Assembly: GCA_030611045.1 (NCBI GenBank)
Contig: JAUWQN010000003.1
Location: 1-50,158, forward strand
Length of the DNA stretch: 50,158 nt
Direction of reading: 5' to 3'
Source of the DNA: Methanosarcinales archaeon
GTDB lineage: Archaea > Halobacteriota > Syntropharchaeia > Alkanophagales > Methanospirareceae
Shown: piece by piece, positions 1 to 8,220 of the stretch
Layout: each line of letters begins with the position of its first letter
Position numbering within the stretch: position 1 is the first letter of the stretch
Notes under the pieces: model-generated
What the model saw: only the letters and a program-made list of their open reading frames with translations
Databases searched by the model: none
What the model was told of the DNA's origin: nothing
Made by a program: the position numbers and the translations under genes

Positions 1-1150
1 TTGAGCTGTTCAACAAAATAAAGCATCTTGAGACAGAATCGTCTACATTGATCTATGACATCACCTCCACGTATTTTTATTCGACAAAATTGCCTAAAGC
101 GCGACTCGGATACAACCGGGATGATAACAGCTTACCCCAGATAAACATCGGATTGGTCGCAACAAAGAACAAAGGTCTACCCGTCCTTTTCAGGACGTAT
201 GAGGGAAATATAACAGATGTGAGGACGGTAGAACAACTTGTTGCAGATGTTAAACGGGTAGACTTCCGCATTGATGCGATAATCCTGGATCGGGGGATGG
301 CGTCAAGGAATAATTTACTAAAGCTGGATGGAGATGGCCTGAAAATAATTGGGGGTATCCCTCTAACGTCCAATGAGGCTAAAGAGCTGGTAGCGCGCGA
401 TATATCCGAAGAAAATGAGTTGATGCGTCCCTCAGGTCTAATCTATTACGAAGACCTCGCTACATCGCTGTTTGGCATTCCTGGTAGGGCAATTATTTGC
501 TTCAATCACAGTGATCTTGAGAGAGAACGCACGGCACGATTGAAAAAGATAGGTATTGCGGAGATAAAAGTCGCGGAGATCTTGTCTTCGCAGACAGGTA
601 ATGAAAATCCAGATAGTCTGGAAAAGGAAATACGAGCGGCAATCCGTGGAGTTTCTGATTATTTTGTGATAAACAACGACGGGAAAACAATAACCGTAGC
701 GCCTCACGCAGAAAATCGAAGAACTGCAAGGCTGCGAGATGGCAAATGCTTGCTTTTCACCACTAATTTTGAGAAGAGTGCATCGGAGATTATTGCCACG
801 TATTTTGGTAAGGATGTCATTGAAAAGATTTTCGATTGCTTCAAAAACTGGCTAGATCTGCAGCCGGTAAGGCATTTTGAGGAGGGAAACATTGACGTTT
901 ATATTTTTATCTGCTATCTTGCATATCTGGATTTGGCACTGTATAAGCATCATTTAGGCGTTACGGGTTGGGCGGGTGTGGAGGATAGTCTGGATGAACT
1001 GGGTAGAATACGAAAAACTACGCTTGATTTTGGTGGAGAAAGCAGTGATAAAATTTCCGTTCTCACTAAAGAGCAAAAGGAGATTATTGAAAAGTTGGGG
1101 TTTGCGGATAGGCTTTTCGGGTTGTAGCCCATACAACTCTGAAAGTCAGG
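1..1150 (+). mobile_element. IS1634-family insertion sequence (left end outside the window); transposase frame open from the window start to the stop at 1127
   Basis: Motifs YDITSTYF, GYNRD..LPQINIGL, YEGNITDV, DRGM and IEKIF..FKN.LDLQPVRH are typical of IS1634 DDE transposases. The right end is placed at ...CTGAAAGTCAGG (1150), where the IS701 reading frame breaks. Confidence 0.85.
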
Positions 1151-1860
1151 ATATAAACATGTCCCGCGTCATTCATTCTGGCACGAAACTCTCCGCTCTG
1201 CCCGTAGAAGTCATCGCAACAAATCGCCTCAAAGGGAAAACCGTTAGCATGAACTCGCTGGATCATCTTCCACCCGAGTTCTATCTTCGTCTCGAATTTC
1301 CGCTCAGGTGGAATCCCAACGCGTTCACGCAGCTCAGCCATCTCCTGTGTGAACCACTGCTCGGGCAAATACAATTCACCATCTACCCAGGTCCACTCAG
1401 ACCCGTTGGTGTAAGCCAGAAGAGTCCCCACTTGGCACATATCTACTTTTCCTCTCCGCCCAGAGTATTGCCGCGCAGCACCAGCACTCTTGTTCCCCTT
1501 CTTATCGTTTGCACTCTCATCCAAAATCAGGACATCACCCCGTAGCTCAGGCGTAGCCGCAATTTCCGCTTGCACATGTTGAATCACCGCTTGCGCCGAC
1601 CACGGGGAGTTTGACATGAAATGCTGCATATTCTGTCCAGGAACCCCCATGTTGCATCCAATATTAGCAAAATTGCGCTTATTCTCCATTCGTAACTGAC
1701 CGCATATATAATGGTATGCGTACTCGCCGATGTCACGAGTTTTAGTCTTGAAGTCTTCCTGAAATCGCTGCCAGAACCCGGATAAGCACTGGGTGAGACT
1801 TTGTGTATTCTCAACGGATAAGCCCCATCGCTGGGGCTCAAGTACAGAATCGGCGTTCAT
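1151..1860 (-). pseudogene. IS701-family transposase, 5' part, interrupted at about 1150 by the IS1634 element
   Basis: MQHFMSNSPW, LILDES..KKG.KSAG.ARQYSG..GKV..CQVG, ELYLPEQW and F.TK.ELG are IS701 signatures. Similarity stops after ...GHVYI. Confidence 0.85.
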
Positions 1861-1950
1861 ACCGTTATTTATTGTGCAATAGAAGAAGAGGATATAAAAA
1901 GTTTATTGCCAAATGTGACATTGCCAAATTAAATATTGACGATAAACAAC

Positions 1951-2841
1951 ATGGTAGAAGATCTTGGCGATATACTAAGCAACGGATTTGACACGTGGAA
2001 GAAGAATTTGAGTATTTGCCTGCCATTTGTGTTTAGTTTGATACTGACCTCCTTAGTGGCACTTATAATCATCGGTGGTGCCCTACTGGTGACGGTAGGT
2101 CCTGTATTGCCCTCCTTGATGCCCCATATTGCTAATTCCGGTGAGATCCCGCCAGAGATTATTCAACAGCTTTATCCGCTATTCCTTCAAAATATGGGCA
2201 TAATCATCGCGGCAGTCATCATCACGATAATTTTAGTGCTGCTGATAAGTGTTTTTTTCACCGCGGGCGCAATTGGCATGGCGAAAGAGGCGACGGAAAC
2301 GGGTAGAACAAGCCTCTCTGACATGATGGATTATGGAAAACGAAAATTCCTGAATCTGCTTGGTGCCGACATCATCGTTGGTTTAATTGTTCTTGCGGGT
2401 GTGGTATTCTTAGTCCCTGGCGTGTTATATCTGCTTCCAACCATAAACACATCACAAACGCCATTCGACGTAACGAATATGGCAGCATTTGCACTGCTCT
2501 TTTTAGGATTCGTGATAATGCTCATCTATATGCTCATTATAAGCATAATGCTCGCACTTCCACCGTACGCGGTTGTTATAGGCGACCTTAGAGCGGTAGA
2601 CGGTGTCAAAAAGGGGTTTAACTTTTTCATGGCACATAAAGTTGATGTCTTTTTGCTCTGGCTCGTCGTAGGTGTGATAGCCATGGTTGCGAGTATTATC
2701 CTCAGTAATATACCCTTTATTGGACAACTGATAAGCATGGTGGTATCGGTTATTGTCATTCAACCCTTGAGCGTTATATGGTGGAGCAGATTGTACCTGA
2801 GCATGGAGGGAGATTATATTCTTCAAGAATTGGAAAAATGA
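1951..2841 (+). CDS. Multi-pass membrane protein of unknown function (conserved archaeal type)
   Basis: Several long hydrophobic segments. ATG at 1951 is preferred over the TTG at 1936. Confidence 0.75.
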   Translation: MVEDLGDILSNGFDTWKKNLSICLPFVFSLILTSLVALIIIGGALLVTVGPVLPSLMPHIANSGEIPPEIIQQLYPLFLQNMGIIIAAVIITIILVLLISVFFTAGAIGMAKEATETGRTSLSDMMDYGKRKFLNLLGADIIVGLIVLAGVVFLVPGVLYLLPTINTSQTPFDVTNMAAFALLFLGFVIMLIYMLIISIMLALPPYAVVIGDLRAVDGVKKGFNFFMAHKVDVFLLWLVVGVIAMVASIILSNIPFIGQLISMVVSVIVIQPLSVIWWSRLYLSMEGDYILQELEK

Positions 2842-2909
2842 GTTACTGAGCAGGAGAGATACTACTGATTTTAAGCCTATTTATTGCTCTTTTATTATAC
2901 TGACCGCTC

Positions 2910-3000
2910 ATATAACGGCTGAGCGTATCCGAAATTCCGAGCAAAGCGAGGAATTTGGGCGGAGGTGCGAAGCACCGTAGCCAGATACGCTCTGTTAGGC
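2910..3000 (-). repeat. attC-like imperfect palindrome (91 bp)
   Basis: Minus strand reads GCCTAAC-AGAGCGTATC...GATACGCTCAGCC-GTTATAT: RYYYAAC and GTT core ends, paired arms with unpaired bases, and internal hairpins (AAATTCC/GGAATTT, GGTGC/GCACC). It starts 46 bp after the stop of the 3047-4096 gene. Confidence 0.7.
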
Positions 3001-3046
3001 GCAAGCGAGTGTAACGAGCGTGTAATGCGAAGGCGGCACATATTAA

Positions 3047-4096
3047 TTAAAGCTTTGATGTCTTTTCATGAAGTTTGCTAATAACTTTTTGAAAGACGTC
3101 CAGGGCTTTCTCTGCCAAATCTTTATTCGTAAAAATTGGCTCTGATGGAGGGACTTCTTCAAAATTTATTATTGTTTGGTCTCCTTTTGAATGAATTATC
3201 TTGTGTCTCCACTTTATGAACTTCTGCGCTTCAACCAAAATGTCATTTGGGATACCAATTTCCCAGATTTTTAAACCATACCCCTTATTATACGCATCTT
3301 TAAAGGATTCCCAATTTTGAAAGTTTACTGATCTTCTTTCGATAAAAACCTCTAATTCCGTTTTTCCTTGTTTGCTTGTGGTTTCATTTATTTCTCCTTT
3401 GAATTGCTTCCTATATTTCTTGGGAATAAAACGCTCATACAAACCTTCCATATTTACAACCTTACCTTCCTTTTCAAACTCAACAAATCTTGTTCGAGCA
3501 TATACCTCAAAAGCTGTTGTTAGCATGACAATTATCTGTTGAGCTAAAGTCGATTCAAAAAGGAAATCTCCTTTCTTGCAGTTTTCGATCAGTATTCTTA
3601 CTTTCTCCATTTGGAAATCAAAAATCTCTCTTGCCATGGGTTCTAAAACGACTTTTTCGCCAACCTTAACCCTATAAAATCCAACTTGAATGCCTTTATC
3701 TCCTATTTGATAAATTGCTCCATCTTTGCCCACTCGAAACTTAATATTAGGATCTTTAATAGACTTTCCATTTCTAAATTCGCTTCCATAGTCTCCGACG
3801 TAAATGGTATTTTCCTTTTCTGACCATGTGAAAGCAACGAATAACTTTGGAGCATCATGAAAATCTCGAATACTTATTTTTGCGGTTTTCGTTTCGTAAC
3901 TCGGATTACTCTGAATAAACCTAAGATTAAAATCAGAATCTCTTTCTAAAATAAAAACTGTTTGGCCTTTGGCTATTTCAAGTATTCTAATCAACGGTGT
4001 ACCTTCATCAAATAGATTTGATTCACTTACAACAAATTCAACTGTCCCTTCCTGTTCATTTAACTGTTCAACAGGAATCCTAAGTGGGTTATACAT
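3047..4096 (-). CDS. Putative gene-cassette protein: beta-rich N-terminal domain plus C-terminal HEPN-like domain
   Basis: AT-rich 349-aa ORF with a GGAGG RBS. IIVMLTTAFEVY helix, FQN motif and RHKIIH (R-x4-H) near the C-terminus. Confidence 0.65.
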   Translation of the reverse strand: MYNPLRIPVEQLNEQEGTVEFVVSESNLFDEGTPLIRILEIAKGQTVFILERDSDFNLRFIQSNPSYETKTAKISIRDFHDAPKLFVAFTWSEKENTIYVGDYGSEFRNGKSIKDPNIKFRVGKDGAIYQIGDKGIQVGFYRVKVGEKVVLEPMAREIFDFQMEKVRILIENCKKGDFLFESTLAQQIIVMLTTAFEVYARTRFVEFEKEGKVVNMEGLYERFIPKKYRKQFKGEINETTSKQGKTELEVFIERRSVNFQNWESFKDAYNKGYGLKIWEIGIPNDILVEAQKFIKWRHKIIHSKGDQTIINFEEVPPSEPIFTNKDLAEKALDVFQKVISKLHEKTSKL

Positions 4097-4139
4097 TTAC
4101 CGCCTTCCTCCTATTAATCTTTTGCCGCCGAGCATTATT

Positions 4140-4201
4140 GCATCTAACTCGTTCATATGCGACATTGATGCCGTATATCCTACCAGTTTGGAGTTATATG
4201 C
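4140..4201 (-). repeat. Second, short attC-like palindrome (62 bp)
   Basis: Plus strand GCATCTAACTC...GAGTTATATGC (10/11 complementary) with inner stem ATATGCGACAT/ATGCCGTATAT. The minus strand ends in GTTAGAT (GTTRRRY) just upstream of the cassette gene. Confidence 0.55.
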
Positions 4202-4257
4202 GAACTGTATGCCGTATATACTTCCCTCTGTCAGTCTTTCATCACCCATCATTTTCC

Positions 4258-4415
4258 CTATATGTCAAATTCAGAATAAGGCACACTCCAACATTTCTCT
4301 TCTGGATGCCATCTGTATGTATCCTTCGATAGTTTTAATCTTTGTGATGGATGTAGTCAAGGTTATACGGGAAAGAGATTTTAATCCTTTCTCCGTCTTT
4401 CCCAACTTCTATCAG
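4258..4415 (-). pseudogene. Frameshifted N-terminal remnant of a tyrosine recombinase / integron-integrase-like gene
   Basis: Joining frames across 4-bp duplications (CATC-CATC, TACA-TACA) and one more slip gives IEVGKDGERIKISFPYNLDYI-TKIKTIEGY-RWHPE-KCWSVPYSEF. I recall this motif from the N-terminal extension of integron-type tyrosine recombinases; not verified by search. Confidence 0.5.
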
Positions 4416-4479
4416 TTCTATCGTATCCGCAATATTGCGTATATAAATCCCTTGGTCGAACTTCTCAATCGTCCCTTAA

Positions 4480-4731
4480 CTATTCACCCGAAGTCGCATA
4501 TATCTCATACGGCATTATCTTCTTATTCGCCTTCTTCTTCCCTTTCAATTTACTTACAAGGCTAGCGGCTTTCTCCTTCTTCTGGCGCTTCTTCAACCGT
4601 TCCATTATGCTTGCCATCTCATTCTCTTTTTCTTCATCGCCGTATTCTATCTCTTCCTCACTTAGCGCTTCCTCTTCCTCTTCTACTCCCTCTTCTATCT
4701 CCATGCTCCCTTCGGAAACCGCCACACTCAC
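4480..4731 (-). CDS. Pup/UBact-like small protein modifier (83 aa, C-terminus YATSGE)
   Basis: Low-complexity charged protein (Glu-rich then Lys-rich) ending Gly-Glu like Pup (GGE/Q) and UBact (R[ST]G[EQ]). It follows two PafA/Dop homologues. GTG start with purine-rich AAGGGGATGAG upstream. Confidence 0.85.
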   Translation of the reverse strand: MSVAVSEGSMEIEEGVEEEEEALSEEEIEYGDEEKENEMASIMERLKKRQKKEKAASLVSKLKGKKKANKKIMPYEIYATSGE

Positions 4732-4852
4732 GTTAATCTCATCCCCTTTTTACCTTGCAAGCAAATACCGTTACTTAAAAATTATCCTTGTTTCTATTTA
4801 TCATTTTTCATTCATTCATTGATACTGAATAAAACTAACTCTAAATGTTACG

Positions 4853-6442
4853 TTACAGAATCACCTTCTCGGGGTATAATCCTTTCGCGGCTGCTAAAAT
4901 CACCTCTAAGTCTGCACCTTCCATCAGTTCATCACTCATCTCATCCTTATTCAGCATAAACGGCTCGTCCAGTATTATTTTCGCTTTGCCAACCGTCATC
5001 GTTGACCAGCTAATATTTCTTACACGCGAGCGGTATCGTTTCAATAGTTCAACTTTAAAAAATTCTCGCGTCTGCTCGGGTGCATTACTCAATGCATAGT
5101 TCACTCGTTCCGGAAGCGAGGACCAATCCACATCCGGCAATTTGCTCTTTGCGAATGCTAATGAATCCTTTGGATTGAACAGGCAATCACTTATTATACT
5201 TCCTTTTTCGTCATCGAGGTAATACCGCACGCTCTCATCCAGCAATGCATATTGGTTACAGACACTCATGCCTTCAGAGGCAGTTTTTGGCTCGTAATTC
5301 ACAAGCAACGCCAATTTCGTTACCCAGTCAATACCATCCACGTAGTTCTCCAGGCTCCGCGCTTCTAAGTCTTCTATCAGATTATTAAAACAGTTTAGCC
5401 CTATTTCATCCCACTTACCCACTTCTCCACCCTCATTATCCTGCATCTTCTCTATCGCATCTAAATAAAACCGTAAAATGGATACCGCATCTGTTCTCTC
5501 TCCGGTCTTCAATTTTATCGCCCACTCGCAGTCCTGTGTATCCAGTGATAGTTTCTTGAACGCTCTTACCGGGTCTTCTATCTCTGGTGCATCATCTAAA
5601 AAGTCCAACTCAAACGCACGCGTTACCAGCGCTTGTGTGATATCACGCAAGAAAATCGCATATTCAGAACGAAGCGCCTCGTAATGAATATCATGCAGTC
5701 GCCAATACTGATGCGCGGCATGGGGCTGATCTCTCGTGTTCAGGATGCCTCTTCCCGTAGTGGTAGAAAGCGAAGATTTTTGCACAACAAACATCGCTCG
5801 TGGTGAAATAACGAACTTCACTCCCCCTTTACCAACGTTCTCTCCTGAAACAACATCTCCGGATCCGGTGAACAGTATTCTTGTAACGACCCAGGGTATG
5901 AGCGCTTTTTCTACACGACTCCAATCTTTGCACGCTGCCCGGTTTGTGATTATATTCCCATGCGTAGCGTAGGTATTGGTCTTTATCTTTCCCCCTTTAC
6001 CCGTCCGCATACCAGTTTCAGGAGAAGGAGAAGAAGGAGAAGAAGTAAAGAAATTGGCAACATTATTCTTATGGATGACTATTTTCTCCTTTAACGCTAA
6101 ACTCGCCTCTCGCGACCCCACAAAGGCGTAGATCTCTGATGCTTTATCGTATGCCACGGCGTCAAAAGGGTTATTATAAGACGGTGTTGCAATCTCAAGA
6201 TGCCCCATATCGTTATAAATCCGAGAGCCGTTATCACCGTATGAAGACGTTATTTTCGATTCATGCAGCTCTTGCGAGACTTCCGTAATAATGTCCCACG
6301 TCACATCTCTTGAAAATCCGCTCCTTTTTAAACCTTGAATCGCAGCATTAACCAGCAATGAAGGATTTAAGCGTGCTTTCGCACTCACTGGATATTCCTG
6401 CTCAATTCCCCTTATCTTATTCTCTGTCCCTATCCGTGGCAC
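4853..6442 (-). CDS. dop: Dop-like depupylase/deamidase (Pup-ligase/Dop family)
   Basis: GIEQEY, a TWD Dop-loop-like insertion, NGSRIYNDMGHLEIATP (compare Dop NGARLYVDHAHPEYS.PE), YATHGN, RGILNTRDQPHA...RLH and DWVTK. Confidence 0.75.
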   Translation of the reverse strand: MPRIGTENKIRGIEQEYPVSAKARLNPSLLVNAAIQGLKRSGFSRDVTWDIITEVSQELHESKITSSYGDNGSRIYNDMGHLEIATPSYNNPFDAVAYDKASEIYAFVGSREASLALKEKIVIHKNNVANFFTSSPSSPSPETGMRTGKGGKIKTNTYATHGNIITNRAACKDWSRVEKALIPWVVTRILFTGSGDVVSGENVGKGGVKFVISPRAMFVVQKSSLSTTTGRGILNTRDQPHAAHQYWRLHDIHYEALRSEYAIFLRDITQALVTRAFELDFLDDAPEIEDPVRAFKKLSLDTQDCEWAIKLKTGERTDAVSILRFYLDAIEKMQDNEGGEVGKWDEIGLNCFNNLIEDLEARSLENYVDGIDWVTKLALLVNYEPKTASEGMSVCNQYALLDESVRYYLDDEKGSIISDCLFNPKDSLAFAKSKLPDVDWSSLPERVNYALSNAPEQTREFFKVELLKRYRSRVRNISWSTMTVGKAKIILDEPFMLNKDEMSDELMEGADLEVILAAAKGLYPEKVIL

Positions 6443-6455
6443 TTCCTTTCTCCTT

Positions 6456-8192
6456 CTACACTTCCTTGCTTATCTCTGCTATCTTCTTCTTTATTGATTC
6501 CTCATTCCAGCCATCCAGTTCATCGAACCGGAACGTTTTGTTATTAGCATACAACAGGTAATCTAAGTATGGGTTTCTGACGATTCTATCTCTTATTTCC
6601 CTGCTTATCTCATCCTCCCAGCCCCTTATATCATCCTCCTCGGCGAGCAATCGTACGAGAACCTGTCGTGCTCCTTCTCCTCTACTCCGCTCTCGGCAAA
6701 ACACCACTACCGCACTTGGCATTCTCGCGAGTTCCGGATAACGCTCAAACAGCCGTGCATATTCCTCGCTGCTCGGTCTGCTCACATCTATCTTCACATT
6801 TGGCTCCTTGTTTATCGTTATCTTATTCCAGCTTAGTGTCGCATTCTCGAATGCAGACGCAAGTCTAACCCGTAACTCGGCTCGCGAATTCTTCGGTGGA
6901 AAGAGTAACGCTTCTCCTACATCCTCTTCGGTTAGTATTCGTTCCACTCCAATCTTATCCGCAACGCACTCGTATAAGTCGTAATCACAGAGATTGGTGA
7001 AATCAAAAGATGCGGCTATCTTCTTCTCCATCTGATCTTCCATCATATACATGCTCCGGTAATCAAACTTCCCTATTGGGATGTAGTTGTATTCAAAATC
7101 ATTTATCTCGTTCTTTATCGCCCATAACTTCATTACCCATTCTATGCGACGGAAAACGTAAGGATCTTCAAGCAATCCCTGGTCAAACTTGGCGCAAATC
7201 CTCTTAAAAGTATCCAGGGCATATTTATCCCAGTAAGAGACTTTTCGCTCCTCAAACAACTCCTCTATTGCTTCGAGATAGTAACTCGTAAGGTAATCAA
7301 TGGCGGATTCCGTCCTCCCATTCATCAGCTTTATGCGCCAGTCACCTTCCGTATTCGCTGAAATATCTTTAAAAGTATGAAGTGGATTCCAGATCTCTTC
7401 CACATGCGTGATTTTCCCTGACTCTATCGCATCTATTACATACGACGTAATGGCATTGCAGAGCAACCTTGTGACCTCCGAACGAACTCCTTCGCCTGAC
7501 GTAACATGCACACGATATGTATCCCTTGTGCTCAATGGTTCGTCCCGTGTGGATAATATCGGCCACTGCGACGGTGATTCGGTGAAAACCCTTCGAGAAA
7601 CCATCGCTTTGGGCGATATTACGTATTTTATCCCTTCTTTATCCGCCACATAACCTCCAGCGCCAAAGAATATCTTACGAAGCACCAGAAACGGGATGAG
7701 TAAATTCTCTTTGCCTACAAAATTCTTCCGGTCCACTGTATATGACTCGTGCGTGCCCCTGCTGTACCTCTTGTCTATCTCCACGTTTGCTTTCCAGCAC
7801 TGGATATAGGCTAAAGACCTCTTTCTCTTCTTCAATTTCTCTCGGTATCGTTCGTTTGCTTTCTCCACGCCTATCTGCATGTACAGCTCTGCTGCCTTGT
7901 CATATTTAAGCACCTCGAAGGCATCTCTACATTCAGGCGTTGCTATCTCGAGATGCCCGCCCGTGCAGATGTAAATTCGCGATCCATTCCTCAAAAAGCC
8001 ATCGTTCCTTCTACGCAGCTTCGAGCAGATCGCATTCGATTCGTCAAAAAAAGTATAATTCTCGAGTGCGCGAATTACTTCATCCACATGATAAAATCTT
8101 GCATAACGGTACAATCCCGGTGATTCGGAACTTAGGCCCACCCTAAATTCATGCTCGAGCCCTTGCCATTTGTTCAAATCCTCCCTTTCCAT
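6456..8192 (-). CDS. pafA: PafA-like Pup--protein ligase (Pup-ligase/Dop family)
   Basis: GLEHEF, FLRNGSRIYICTGGHLEIATPEC (compare PafA [23 protein letters not shown]), RGTHESY, ILSTRDEPL...RVHV, IEWVMK and PP.NSRAELR. Confidence 0.75.
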   Translation of the reverse strand: MEREDLNKWQGLEHEFRVGLSSESPGLYRYARFYHVDEVIRALENYTFFDESNAICSKLRRRNDGFLRNGSRIYICTGGHLEIATPECRDAFEVLKYDKAAELYMQIGVEKANERYREKLKKRKRSLAYIQCWKANVEIDKRYSRGTHESYTVDRKNFVGKENLLIPFLVLRKIFFGAGGYVADKEGIKYVISPKAMVSRRVFTESPSQWPILSTRDEPLSTRDTYRVHVTSGEGVRSEVTRLLCNAITSYVIDAIESGKITHVEEIWNPLHTFKDISANTEGDWRIKLMNGRTESAIDYLTSYYLEAIEELFEERKVSYWDKYALDTFKRICAKFDQGLLEDPYVFRRIEWVMKLWAIKNEINDFEYNYIPIGKFDYRSMYMMEDQMEKKIAASFDFTNLCDYDLYECVADKIGVERILTEEDVGEALLFPPKNSRAELRVRLASAFENATLSWNKITINKEPNVKIDVSRPSSEEYARLFERYPELARMPSAVVVFCRERSRGEGARQVLVRLLAEEDDIRGWEDEISREIRDRIVRNPYLDYLLYANNKTFRFDELDGWNEESIKKKIAEISKEV

Positions 8193-8220
8193 TTCTCATG
8201 TCAGAGTTAAGTTAACCAAA

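Noticed and set aside
976-1545. 189-aa plus-strand ORF and the many other antisense ORFs in the track
   Set aside because: They overlap well-supported genes on the opposite strand or in another frame and carry no recognisable motifs.
4097-4479. Expected 20S proteasome beta/alpha genes after the tag gene
   Set aside because: The minus-strand frames are short and closed, with no Ntn-hydrolase (TTT/GT-type) motifs. The space is taken by the integrase remnant and a palindrome.
3969-4565. 198-aa plus-strand ORF
   Set aside because: It is antisense to the cassette gene, the integrase remnant and the tag gene, is Ser/Ile-rich as shadow ORFs tend to be, and has no motif.
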